DNA of 64,000 bases from Geosiphon pyriformis uo1 (Eukaryota > Fungi > Glomeromycota): NCBI GenBank assembly GCA_016748015.1, contig JAAOMT010000135.1, positions 802,018 to 866,017 of the forward strand. Direction: 5' to 3'. Each line of letters begins with the position of its first letter. Positions within the stretch are counted from its first letter, which is position 1. Positions 24,879-38,358 of the stretch are shown here, piece after piece. The position numbers were made by a program, and so were the translations under genes. The notes under the pieces are model-generated. The model saw nothing but the letters and a program-made list of their open reading frames with translations. It was not told where the DNA came from and did no database searches.

Positions 24879-27403
24879 TTACCTATTTTCAATTTCGCAA
24901 AAACGTACGGCACAAAAAACGAACGGATATCCGCGTTGGTACCAATTTCGAAATGTTCTACGAGTGCTAATTCGCGGATGAGTGGCCCAAGAGCCACCAA
25001 GAATTACAGCGTGTTTCGTATCAAAAAAATCTGAAGAGTAACCTGGATAGAGCTCACTCTTTTTGAAGCCAACGTGCTCGTCAAATTGTGTGTCAGTCCA
25101 CTCCCACCCAGATCCAATTGTGTGCACTTCCTTGGCATCCAAGGGTACATCAATTGGGTGCCAGTGTAGGAACCCAGTGTTCGAAGATAAATCGGTTGCA
25201 TGAGTAAAAAGTTTATAGAATGATTGCAGCTCAGCCTCTGTTGGCAATCGCATTCCCTTCCATTCGGCATATTTAGAAGCTTGTTCATGGCTTAACATCA
25301 CAGGCCAATTCTTTGCCACAGAAATATCGACAGAGCCAAACACTGTCCGCACGTTATATGCAATTGATTGCGATGATATTGATGAGTGATATACAGAGGG
25401 GATCCACGAAGCGGGATAATATTCATTGTTCGCTTGAGTAGTTTCTAAAAAGGTGAGATACTCTTTATTGGTGACTGGACGAGATTGGATTTTGAACCCT
25501 TGTACATCAAGTTTTCTAGAAGGACGTTCATTGTCCCAGCCGAAAGCTAAAGTCAATGGATCTGTATCATCCATTTCTTCGTTATCATCATGACCAAGGA
25601 TCACGGTTTGCGATGGTATATCAATAAGACTTGCTTCTTCTGCTTCCCGCTTTGCTATGTGCCATTTTGGAGGAATGATCCCTTTAGGCGGAACGGTATT
25701 AGGTGATTGAATCAACATATAAAGAATTGTCTCAAGATGCATGGCTTCATGCTCAAAAGTCATCCACAGAACCCTTCCTAAACGCCGCGTCATGTTTTCA
25801 CCATGAGACTCGTACACTTTGAGAAGCCTTTGTCGTACCAGATCACGGAATTCCAAGATAGACTCGAGGGATGGCCATTCGTTTGGGACAATCGAATGTG
25901 GGTGGCATTGAGAAGGATTGTCTATATCAGGATCAATACCACGCTCGAAAATATCCGCGAAATTTTGAGGATCAGTAAATCTTTCGTTAAAGTATTTGGC
26001 CAAATTAATGTCTAGGAATGCGGGAATATGCCCGAGATAAAATATGAAGGGATGTCGAAGAGCAATTGGTTTTTCATTATGCATCTTTGGAGTAATCATG
26101 GTTATCGTAACTGTATCCCAGGACTTCCATAGTTCTTTCCATTCGTCAACTGAAGGCCTGCTTTTTAACTTGATACGGTTAAAGTGGAATGGAGATTTTT
26201 GAACTATATGAAGATCGTATTGTGAAAGCGAATCAGGCCAACTTTCGATAAATTGCAAATGACTGTCATGAATCAACTTGGCGGTTTCGAACGCGTCATA
26301 TTTGTAAGAGTATTCAATATGGATTCGTTCCCCCTCTTTAAGATGAATACTGGTTTTTTTCTCGGTTTCTGGGGAGATATATTCCAGAGTGTGTTCAATT
26401 TTAGCCTGGTAATAGGCCTCGTGCCGTCCCTCTTCACAGTTGTATTTGGCAAGATATTTGAAATTATTACGATTTATAAAAGGTTGACCACCTAGAATTA
26501 TATTAACGTGGTCCAATCCATTCATTATAAACTCGGAAGTTATTCCCTTTCTGTCATTGTATGCAAGAGCCACTTTTTGAGGATCATTTCTCCGGTCTAT
26601 GCCAATCAAGAAAAGATCACCAACTTCCATTGCTCGTAAGCGAAAATTGTTGATAAAAGTGGCAGCATCCTCACGGTTGAAATTACCAATCGAAGATCCC
26701 AGCCACATAATGGTTTTCGGAGTTTCCGGGGTGAGTTTCGAGACAAATTTCATACCTTCTTCATATGTACCCAAGAGACCTATTAAAGTCACATTAGAAA
26801 TTTCTCTGAGGGAAGACAAAGATTTTTTGAGTTCATCCTCTATGAGATCGAGGGCATAATAGGTAACTTCCTTCTTATTTCTTGCAAGAGCATTAAGGAT
26901 CAGCCGAGTTTTTCTTAATGAACTGTTATACGATATGATAATTGCCAATGAAATAAACGAGATAAGTATCATTAATAAGAACAACATCGATCTCCTTTTT
27001 TATATGCCACGTTTGTCGATCCTAATCTAGAAAAGATGCATCCAGAATCAATGATATAAATAAATTTTTACCCTGCCCCCAACTCGATGATGACACTTCC
27101 ATTCTTGACATATTCAACAATTTGATCCACCTTTCGAGTCAATATGTCTATTTCAGCATTGGTCAGATAATACTCTTCCAAATACGTAATTTCATCAAAA
27201 AGTTGCAACCCGCGATCGTTGTATAAAACAATGGTTGGAATCGATTTCATACACGAAGAGTCAGGCGTAAGTCCTTTAAGGATTTCGTCGGCTAAGTTAT
27301 AGGTAGAAGTGGCTGGTTGACGAACATCATAGATTTTAAAGCTTTGAGTCGAGTATAAGACACATTCTTCGGTAATAATCGCTGAAATGGCATTTGGTGA
27401 CAT
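24879..27403 (-). CDS. EGT1: Ergothioneine biosynthesis protein 1 (histidine N-trimethyltransferase + DinB_2/FGE sulfoxide synthase fusion)
   Basis: Exons 27403-27072 and 26922-24879 join to give ELGAG|SLRKT. Motifs LFDEITYLEEYYLTNAE, WLGSSIGNF, EYSYKY, LRHPFIFYLGHIP, iron-binding FEHEAMHLE, FGWDNE and RNWYQ. Confidence 0.95.
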
Positions 27404-28504
27404 TTAATAGGGAGTAATCATTCGGGAAGACAGCAGAATACTACTTATTTATAAATTTCACAGGCGCCAAAAAAGGAAATTATATATTACACTATAATTA
27501 GTAAAAATCCGAATAGATATTCAATCATCATTTTATCTGGATCATAATCATGGGAACTCAAGACCTCATGAGCGATAGAAAGTCCCACGTGGAGAGCAAA
27601 AACATTCGATTCTAAGAGAACAAACAGTTTATTTTTGGGCGTATTTAAAACAACCACTCAAAAAAGTTAGCATTCAATTCCTTGAGAAATTTCATAATAA
27701 AATTCAACCAGGAGTTAAGAACATAAAGTAAGGAAGATGACTTTACATCTTTTTATTGTGAGGGCAAAACGCATAAAGCACTTGGAGCTTATCAATTCAG
27801 ACCCGACTATCGGAACAACCTATTCTTGTGCTACGGCCCCTGTCTTTCTTTTTAAGCATAAGTTTTTTGTCATTACTCTTATGTATTATTCCGGTGCAAG
27901 ACTTTGATCAGCAATTTATAAAACCGTCTTATTCGCATTAAGATTAGTTAACATTTATGTTTTACCCGTTTAGGGAAGGTTCCTTAAATTCTTCAGAAAA
28001 TTCTGATCTTCTTGTTCAAAGGGAAAACCAATCAAAAATTCGACATAAAACTAAACAAATGCATTTAATAAGCATAGACTAGATAAAGAATATCACATTT
28101 AAGCAGATGTGGAATATCTTTTCAGAGATCATAATCTCAAAACTGTCTAACAGTTTCTATTGTTTGTTTAATACATAGTATTACAACACCTGAAGAGTTA
28201 TGCAGATATAGGTGACGAGGAATAAGTTATGAGGTTATGAGCAACAAAGAAAATTTAACAAACCCGAGGAAAGATTAGGAAAGACAGCAGATGGTGCAAG
28301 GTCAATGGTTTTCCTCGTGGAAATGATTAAAGGGGCTTTTCGTCCAAGAGACCCATTTATCCATCACGCGATCTACCAAAACCTTGTTTGGCGCGTCTCT
28401 GGCTATTCGTCCTTTTTATACTTTATACAAATAGGTTATATTACAAAGTATGAATAAGATAAATATCACAAGTATAAATTTTTAATTTTTTAAGTTGGTT
28501 GTTT

Positions 28505-29484
28505 TTACTTGGCTGTCCCCGCCGACTGTGAGTTCGTGACTTGTGAAGCTTTTCTCAATTCCGTAAAGAAATCGTTCCCGTTGGCCATATGTCCTTCAAG
28601 TGAGATAAAGGAAACATTAATAACAATAAACCGTCAATAATTCAAATTTTATTGCAGGATAATGTTTCAGGGCTCCGAATTTGATTTTTCCCATCCTCAC
28701 TTAGATAATTTCTAATGCCTCTTATTTATGAAACATATCTCACCTCGCGATCCCCAAGCGGGACCTCCTGGTCTACCCCAGACTTCCGGGGGTCTGTACA
28801 ATTCTGGTTTTTCTTTGGAGATCCCCAATGTAAACTTTTTTGAGAATATGCTAAGAGTGGTTATATGAACTCAGAATTGAGTATGCCTAATTACCAGCTT
28901 CAGGTATATTATTATCATGTAGTCTGTCAATTGCCTCCTTCCAACCTAGACAATTTTGTAAGGGATATTCAAGTACCTACAATCTCTAATCGATAAAGAT
29001 TTTAGAAAATTCTTACTGTTACTCAAATAAGTAGTAACTTCCTGTGCGTTGAAATTATTGACGGGAATATGTTCTTTAGTTTGTCGCATGCTGGGCAAGG
29101 CGGGACCAGGACCAGAAGCAAACGAAGAGTTCGAGGCTGTTGAAGTAAGAGTTGTTGGAGAAGGAGAGGCTGCCGCTGTCGGAATGGGTGGCGGAGTCAT
29201 GTGAAGTTCTTTATTTTTACCTGGATAAAATCACAAAAGGGAAGATTTCGAGTCAAAATTTAGTTAAAAAAACTATTGGTAAGTTGACAAATGTCGCTTA
29301 CCGAAAGAATTTTTCCGTTTGGGATTATATTCACGTCGGTCTGTTTGTTTCTTGAGGCTACGATTGAAATTAACAAGGACTGAAAGTTTTAGACGCTATA
29401 GCTTGATCAAAGTAAAGCAGATAGATCTAAAAGCCCACAGCGTTCAACATACTGTTTATCTTCTTCTCGGGTAGGAACAGCCAT
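28505..29484 (-). CDS. Small conserved fungal protein of unknown function
   Basis: Six GT-AG exons splice to MAVPTREEDKHLKKQ...EHIPVNNFNAQEVTTYL...GPAWGSRGHMANGNDFFTELRK...AK*. I recall HxPVxxFNAxEV and MANGxDFFxELRK from uncharacterised fungal proteins. Confidence 0.7.
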
Positions 29485-29813
29485 TTTATATGTTCTCTAA
29501 AGGGTTGTGAAAAGAGCGAAAAAGTTCCCGATGGAACACAGAAAAAGCAAATTGTTCGAAATTGAATTGGGTATGTGGTTGGGTAATTAAAAAAAATGTA
29601 CCTTTGTTATAATATGATCGATTCTTTAGGCTAAGTCAAGCGACCATCAAAATATCTTTGATAAAAAACCAGTTGCTCGAAATTACCGGATTCTCGGTCA
29701 TAATCGGAAGTGATTTAGAACTTCAAAAGTTATATATGTTTATATTTTCGTTTTATCAATCTTTGCCACACAAAATAACTTATTAATATAATAGAAAACA
29801 AATGTTGAATTAA

Positions 29814-32450
29814 TTTTTTTTTAAAATGCTTTATTGAGTGTACATGTTCTCTAATAAATGCAGCTCATGCCCTTTCTACATATCCAACTACACTATATAA
29901 TACATTGGCATATACTCTACTAGAAACTTGAGTCTAAAAATTCTTAACCTATCAAATTAGAAACATCTAATAATAAGCGCAACAGCTTTCCTTAAACGCA
30001 TAAAACCTAAGTGGTACCACATTTGTTCAACACATTTATACCTAACTTATTACCACATTTTCCTGAAGTTAAATGTGCTATTCTTTAAAAACAAACTTAA
30101 TCAAAGCTGTATAAATGCTTTTATAAACCTGAGTATTTATGTTTTCATACAAAGACATCAAATTTCTCAAATTCCAAAGAATCTTGTATTTGTTATAATA
30201 TGCTTTAAAATTTATCTGCAATTTCATTATAGGGTTTTTTTAACAATAAACAACATATTATATAAAGCTTTTACAACTTATATACAAATTTTAACAGTAT
30301 TTTTATTTGTAATATCAAATTTGAAAATGCTAAATCATAATCATTTTTTTTAATTAACAATATTTATTATATTTCTGTTTAAGAATTTGTTTAAAACAAG
30401 TAAATTTTTATTTTGTATAATGCTTTATTTTATACAAATTTCGAACATAAAATTTAATATTATAATTATTACAATATTTATACTTATAAACCAAATATTT
30501 TTTATATAACTATTAAAAACTATGTACTTATAATTATTAACTTATTTATTTTCGTATTTTTTATAATATTAAAGTGTTTTTTAACTTTAATTTAATATAT
30601 ATTTTTTTCTTAATTATATATTTTTAAAATTAAGTTTATTGATTTTTAATTAAAATATATATAATTATTTTTGAAAATAAAACTTTTTTTCTTTTTTTTT
30701 TTTATAACTACATTTAAAATAAAAAGTAAAAAGACTACAAATATTATAGTATTTTGTATAATTATTTTTTTTAAATAATATTGTAGTAAGTTAATTTTAA
30801 AACATTTTTTTGGTTTTAAGTAAAATTTTTTTTTTAAAGTTATATTAAAGCAATACACTAAAAATAGTTTTAATATAATTACTATTATCTTAAAATATTT
30901 TAAAATATTTAATTATAAATTAATACCCAAACTATTATTTTCTTTTTCTTTTTTTTTTAATTGCATAAATTTTAAAAAAACCAAAACAATAAAAAAACAA
31001 CTTTTTGATTCTTTTTTTAAATTAATTATTAATTTTTTTTGTCTTTTTTATTTTTTGTTAATTTTATAATATTTAATTTTGTTATAATTAAATAATAATT
31101 AATTGTTTGTTCTAAATAATAACAATAAAAATATATTAATTTATCTTAATTTGAATTGGTTTTTGGTTATATATTAATTTTTAATTAATTATTATTAATT
31201 ATAATAAGTTATATTTTAATATATAACTTTAATTATTTACATTATAATATTACTTAATTTAAAAAATTAAGCTAATATTATGAAAATTAAAACAAATTTT
31301 TTTTGTTTTTTGGTATTATTATTGTTATTAAAAAATTTTTGTTTTTTAATATTATTATTAATGCTATTTTGTTATTAATTCTATTATAAATAAAACTGAT
31401 AAATTTCTAATAAGCTAATTTTATTTTAAAAGTATTTTTTTATACTTTAAACTATATAAACTATTAAATTTATAATAAAATAACCAATTTTGTGCTAATT
31501 ACTTTATATAATTATTTTGTAAAAAAAATTAACCTAAATTTTTATTTATAAGTTTCTTAATATGTAATTACTTTATTATAAAAGTTAATTTTTTAATTTC
31601 TTTAAATATTATTATTAAAATTGAGTTTTTTAATTTTATTTGTTTTTTTATACTTAAAATTATTAAGCTTTTAATAATTTTTAAATTTTTTTTATTGTTG
31701 TTATTTGTAAAATATTTTAAAAATTATTTTTAATGTTTTTGGTAAAATTTTAGTATTAAATTAAAATTTGTTAATATTTAACAATATATTATTATTTATT
31801 TTATCTTTTTTAATATCATAATAATTTTGTTTATATTAAAATAAATATATAATATTGCTTTAATTAATTTAAATAGCTGGTTATATGTAAAAAATATGTA
31901 ATTTATGGTTAATTTAAATTATTTAATTTAATATATTGTACTAAATTGTGTTTAGATCTTAATTATTAAATTAAAAAAATTATTACAATTGTATTTATTT
32001 GTTAATCAATTTTAATTAATAAATAATAATAAAATTTATAAATAATTAAATAATTAAAGAAAATTATTACTTTATATAATATTTTTAAAGTTAAATAATT
32101 GATTTTTTAAATTATATAATTTTTAAAATCAGTTTATTAATTTTTTAAATAAATAATTAACAATATTTAAATTATATAATTATTATTTTTTGGTTTAAAA
32201 TTAATATATTAAAAAAAATTAATACTGTTTTAAGTATTAAAATTTAAATTATTTGATTTTTAATCATAAAATGTTTTTAAAAACCTTTTTTTTATTAATT
32301 TTTAAATATAATAAGAATAAAAAATAATATTAAAAATATTTTACTTTATTTTTTATTTACTCAAATTTTATGTAAATTATTTTTATTTCTATTAATATTT
32401 TTATATTTTTAATAATAAAACTGATAAAATTATTTGTTAATACTTTAACT
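29814..32450 (-). mobile_element. Extremely degenerate LINE (ORF2 remnants and 3' end)
   Basis: Minus strand ends AATAAA...A-run at about 29835-29814. The reverse complement near 30560-30940 aligns, via transitions, to the RNase H region of the LINE at 51700-52010. Inner boundary approximate. Confidence 0.6.
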
Positions 32451-32459
32451 AAAAACCTA

Positions 32460-34255
32460 ATACAAAAACTTGTTTAAATACCAAAAAAAATCAGTTTTTA
32501 TGTATAATTATTTACAAAAATATAAACAAAAAAAATATAAACTTATTTTTAAATCTAATATTATTAATTTATTTATTAGTTTTTTAATTTTAGTTATATT
32601 AAATTCTAATATATTTAATGTGTTTAAATTATAAAAAAATAAAGTTAATAATAAAACCAATAATATAAACAGTATTTCAAATCTTGAAAACTTAAAAAAC
32701 TTTATAATAAAAAAAATTCATTATATAATCTTAGATAAATTAAAAAGTAATAGAAATATAAATAAAACAATTTTATATTATATTTAAACAAAAATATATA
32801 ATCTAATAAAATTATTATATTTATTTTTAATTAATAAAATGTATAATAATAAAATATTTAGCTTTTTTTTACTAATTACAATTAATTTGAAATTTATAAT
32901 TATTTTATTTGTAAAAAAATCAAAAAATTTTAAATCAGTAAAATTTTTTGTATTAAATATTAATATATTAGTTATTGTAAAATAAATTTGAATAAAAAAA
33001 TTTTTTTAGTAAATAAATAGGGGTTAAAATATTTACTTTTTTAAAATTATTAAATTAAATTTTATTTTTAATTAAGTTTAAATTTAAAGATTTGATAATA
33101 GCTAAAAAAATTATAATAAATACAAATTTAAAAAAATTAATATTTAAAATTATTAAAAAAATTTTAGTTAATTTTATTAAATTAGTATTATTTATAATCT
33201 TTTTCAAGTTTGGTAAAATTATCTCTATTAAAATATAATTGATTGATTTATAATAAAAAACTATAGTATAATTTAGTAAAATAATTGTTAAATTAATAAT
33301 TGTTAATTAGTTAATTTTTATAAATAAAAATTTAATATATATAATTAAAACAAATATTAACAAATAAATATAAATATTAGATATTATTATATATTTTTTT
33401 GATAAATATTATAGCTTATAATCTTTTTAATATTTTAAAATTATATAATAAAAAACTTATATTATTAATTAAAATTTGGTTTTTTATATTTATATTAAAT
33501 ATACTATAATTTGGTTTATTATTAATAAAAACAGAACTTTTATTATTTATTTATTTATAATTTTTTAAAAAAATAAATTATACTAAATTGAATTAAAAAT
33601 ACAAGTGTATATTAGTTCTAATTAACAAAACTATATTTTATTATTTTCTGTTAACAATTTTTTAGATTTTGATTTAATTTTAATTCAAAAATTTATCTTT
33701 TTATAAAACAAGTAAACAAGTTGACAAAAAATTAAATACATTTATATTAGTAGTTTTTTAATCTTATTTTAGATATAAACTATTAATAATTTTTTCTATT
33801 ATAAAATTAAAAAAAAGTTTAGATGTATTTATTTATAATAAAACTGTTTTAATTTATGATTTTTTAAAAATTTAAAATATTGTTAAGTTAAAAAAATATG
33901 TGCAAAATTTATTTAAAACTGTCTTAAAACTTATAACCAAAATTAATTGCTTTAATTTAACTTAAAAATCAAATAATTTTTATTTTAAATAATAAAAAAT
34001 AACCAATATTTGAAGAATAAATAATTCTACAAAACAAAAAAAAATTATAAAATAACATAAAAAATCAAATAATTTAATTTTTATTATTACTAAAACAAAA
34101 TTTAATTATAAATAAGTTTGTTAATATATAAGTTTACATTTTTAACATAAATTTTGGTCATTTAAATTTTAATATTATAATTATTATAAATAATTATTTA
34201 ATTAAATATGTGTGTAAAATTTTTGAGATTGTTAGTAAACTTTTGTTAATTAAAT
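32460..34255 (+). mobile_element. Extremely degenerate LINE ORF1 fragment
   Basis: About 32560-33350 aligns by eye, via C>T/G>A changes, to ORF1 of the LINE at 46500-47300. Boundaries approximate. Confidence 0.6.
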
Positions 34256-34650
34256 AATATTGTTAAGAAAAAAAAATTATTGGTATTTTAAGTTTTAAGT
34301 TAGAATAATTATAATATTGTACAAATCTATTATTTTGACTTAAAAATAAACAAAAATAATCTTGTTGTTGTAAATAATTGTTGTTGTTGCAAACAACATA
34401 AAAAAAATTTGGTAAAAAATTAGAATTTTTTTAATAATTAGGATAAATTAATAATAATATTATTAATTTATGTTGAAAAAATAAATATAATAATAATTAT
34501 TGTCAATATTGTTGTTGTTGTTACTGTTGCTGCTGCTGCTGCTGTTTAATTTGATAATGATTGTATTGTATGTTATTATTATTACTATTGTTATTAGAGT
34601 CTGAATTACCAAAATTGTTTTGTTAATTGTAATTTTGGATTATTTTTAAT
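34256..34650 (-). pseudogene. Hypermutated copy of the FKS1 5' end (about 125 codons)
   Basis: For example, the reverse complement of 34299-34328 (agatttgtacaatattataattattctaac) matches FKS1 10261-10290 (ggatctgcacaatatcataatcaccctagc). The CAG/CAA polyQ tract is still visible at about 34510-34545; the ATG is mutated to ATA. Confidence 0.9.
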
Positions 34651-34965
34651 TTTTAAAATTTTTAAGCTGTTAACAATAAACAAATTAGTTGGTAAATACT
34701 AATTAAATTCCGAATTTTTTTAGGCTATTTTATTTTATTAAAACTTTTTATATTTATTTGTATGTTATTAAAATAGATAATTAAAGTAATAAGTTTAAAA
34801 ATTTTTTTTTAATTGATTGATTTTTTTTTCTTGTTTTTCTTTTAATTAAAATTTTTTTTCATATTATAATGAAATCAAAACATTAATTTTAAATTTTTTT
34901 GTTTTTTTAAAAATTTATTATCAATAAAATCTATAAAAAAATAAAAAAAAATAAATTCAAAATAA

Positions 34966-35720
34966 AAAAATATATATATATATTACATCATTATTAATTA
35001 TTATAGAACTATTTCTTTTTTCTCTTAATGAAATATGTAATCAAACATTTCATAATAGTGTTATTTTACATTATAATAATATGCTATTTATAATACATAA
35101 TTATAAATACATGTATTATAAATATATAATATAATATAATTAAACTTGTATAATAAATATGATCAAACTTATGATCAAAATTATTATAAAATATATTAGT
35201 CTAAATATTTTCACTTACTATATTGTTTTATTTATATAAAAATAATTACAAATTTGTATTTAATCTAATATGTTTTTTATCTTCTAATCTAGTATATTTT
35301 TTATTCATATTTTTTATTTTCTAATCTATTATATCTTTAATATTGTATTTTTGATTTTATTTATTATTAAACTCTTTTAATATGCAAGCTTTTCTAACCA
35401 TACTATAATACAACAAGTTTTATATTTATAAAACTTTTACAAATTAACACCAAAAATTTTATAATATATTTAAATATAATTATATAATAAATACAAAAAA
35501 ATTTATTATATTAAAAGTTTAATTTATATATTATAAATTAAATTGTATTTTTATATTCTAATTAACTAATAAATCATGTACTATTTAAAATTATAAGATT
35601 TTTATATTTTTATATTCTAATTAACTAATAAAAATTCAAAATTATATGCTATATAAAATTATATAAAACATAAAATTTTGAATTTTTTCTTTTATAATAG
35701 CATAATATATGTTTATTTTC
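34966..35720. mobile_element. Degenerate non-autonomous insertion, possibly PIF/Harbinger (Tourist-like)
   Basis: Interrupts the duplicate at donor position about 6875-6877. TAA on both sides (34963-34965, 35721-35723), with weak roughly 20-bp AT-eroded terminal inverted similarity. Confidence 0.4.
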
Positions 35721-36488
35721 TAACCAAAAAAAAATTAAATTTAATATCATGTAAAATTCAATTTATAATTACAATAACAAAAAATATTTTGTTTTTTATT
35801 GTAAAAAATAATTAAATGTTTTAATTAAAAATAATAATACATTAAATATTAGTATTTTAATTATATTTAAGTATTTATTTTCCGAGAAAAAAAAACTTTT
35901 ATATATTAACTATTGTTAATTTAAAGAAAAAACCAATCTAAATAGTACTGTAATTTAATAACAAAATAAAAAAATTAAATATAAATATAAACTTTGATAA
36001 AAATTTATATAAAATATTATTTGTAAAAATAAAAATCAAATAGATCAAAAATTTGCAAAGTATTTCTCTTTTGAAAATGAATTATAAATCTTATAAGTTT
36101 TAATAAATATTCAAATAATCCATTAAGATTTATGGATTTACAAAAGTTTTTTCTTATAAATTAATAGTAAACTTTTTGTTTAATATCATACAATAACAAC
36201 AAAACTTTGAATTAACATATTATTTTCATGAAAAATTTCACACTTTTTTTTATTTTACATAAAATATCTAAGTTTTTAGGTTTTTTATTATTTTTAATTT
36301 TTGAAACAGCATATTTTTTAAGTATAAAAATTACATAAAAGTTTTTTTATATTTTTATCTTTAGACTTTTATATTTATTTATTTATTTTATGTATTTTAG
36401 ACTTTTTTTTTGTCTTTTTTGTATTTTTTTTTACATGATCATTTTTTGCAAAAACAAAAAAGCTTATTTTAGTATTATAAATTAATAT

Positions 36489-38358
36489 TTATTCATATTT
36501 TTTTTCAATTTTTCTGGTATTTTTTTTTCTATTAACTCACTTATTTAAATTTTTGGTTTTTTTTTTAAAAATTACAGAATTCTATTGATGTTTTTATTTT
36601 ATTTTATTAATAATAACTGTCTTTAATTTTTGTGTTTTAGCCAAAAAATTTTACAAAAAACATAAAATTCTAAAATAAAAGTTTGATTATTATTAAAAAT
36701 AAACAAAAGTTTTTTGGTATTTATCTTATAAAAAAAAACAATTTACATACTGACAATAATTTTTTATATGGTTATTATAAGTTGGCAATAATTTTAATTT
36801 TTATTATCATATTGTATATAATTTTTTACTTATTTATAACAAAATATAAAACCAAATATAATATCTTATTAACTAAAAAAAAGGAATTGCAATTAGCTTA
36901 TATGCATTTTATACAATGATTAATAGAGAATTGAGACTACTGGTTTTAATATACTGTAACAAAAAACCAAAAGATTATAAACAGGCAATTTTTACAACAT
37001 TAATAAAGTCTGTTTTTGCTTTATTTATAAAATTTTTGTATTTTAGATCTGAATTTTTATTACATTTAATTTTTTGATGACCAAACTAAAAATGCATTAA
37101 TAAAAAAATTAAGACTAAAAATGCATTAATAAAAAATTATAAGAATAAAAAAAATTATATACATAAAAAAAGTAATCACAAAATTTTTCTTTATCTGCTT
37201 AAAAATAGTTTTTACTATTACATGTCAAAGCATAATTGTTATATTTATACAAAAATAAAAAAACCAACAAATTTTGTACTGAAAACTTTAACTAATTGCA
37301 AAGAACAAACTTATCTACGTTTTTTTCAGAATTTGTGTTACTATTAAAATTCTGTAATAAAACTTTTGTCTTTTGATTTTCTTCTTGAATTAGATTTTTA
37401 ATGTTTGCAGTACTATTGGCTCAACATTGTATACCAAGATTCTTAATACTTTTATTTCCTAAAATTTCAATGGCCTCCAAAAATCCGGCCAATAAATCAT
37501 TTAAATAACTTTTTTTTTTAACTATATTGCTCATAAGACTACAAAGCCATTCATATTTTTGTTGGAATAAAAGCTCCTTTCTTTGAAAAAGATCAATAAC
37601 CTTTCAATACAAAGAACTGTATAAAAGAATTCAAAAAATTAAATATTTTACCAATAAATCAAAGGAAAGTTAAATAGGAAAGACCTTACTTAATGAAGGC
37701 TGCTGTGTCGTCCATTTGAACGGCTTTAATCTGCTCAAGGACCTTTTCATACGGCCGATTGAGCAAATCATCACTCCCTGACGCCTGATTCTCTTCCTGC
37801 TCGTCTAAGCTGCTTTTATCAGCTTCTGTTGCCTCAATCCGAGGCTTCTTTGCGCTCTTTTTTTCAATTTAAAGATGAAAGATTGATTGAGAGTTGAAAA
37901 AGAATACCTCCCAATCCAACTCCTTACCTGTAATTTTGCGCTTTGACGTTCCTTCCTCAATTTTATTTTTCGGCTGAAATTTCACAATTGAGTATTTCAG
38001 CGAGAAGGCGTGCAAATATTACTTTGTGAGCAAGGAACTACATCACGCGATGTCATTTTAGCAAGAGGAAAAAACACTAACCAATTTTTTTTCAAATGCC
38101 TTCAGTTTCAGGACCATTTAATCAAGTGCCTGATATCGCTTGACAAGGCATTATGAGAACCCTTCATCGAATTCGTTTGGCTATAAATCATATCCCATTT
38201 TGAAATACTCCCCCATCTGGAGATGGGTCGCTTCCAGTATTCTGTATTATGTTTGTTAACGAATGAAGAAAATACAAAAAATAGATAAATAATAATAAGT
38301 AATTACGAGGGCATTTGAGCCTCTTGACCATGTAAGTTGTTAGTTCCAAGCAAGACAT
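36489..38358 (-). pseudogene. Pseudogene copy of the REase-fold gene at 3965-6070
   Basis: The 5' part (38358-37640) is nearly identical to the donor apart from a few SNPs and short deletions. The 3' part is saturated with C>T/G>A changes. Confidence 0.9.

Noticed and set aside
30400-36500. Possible NUMT, centromere or endosymbiont DNA because of extreme AT content and N/K/I/F-rich ORFs
   Set aside because: The sequence aligns by transitions to LINEs and host DNA within this window; the ORFs are compositional artefacts.
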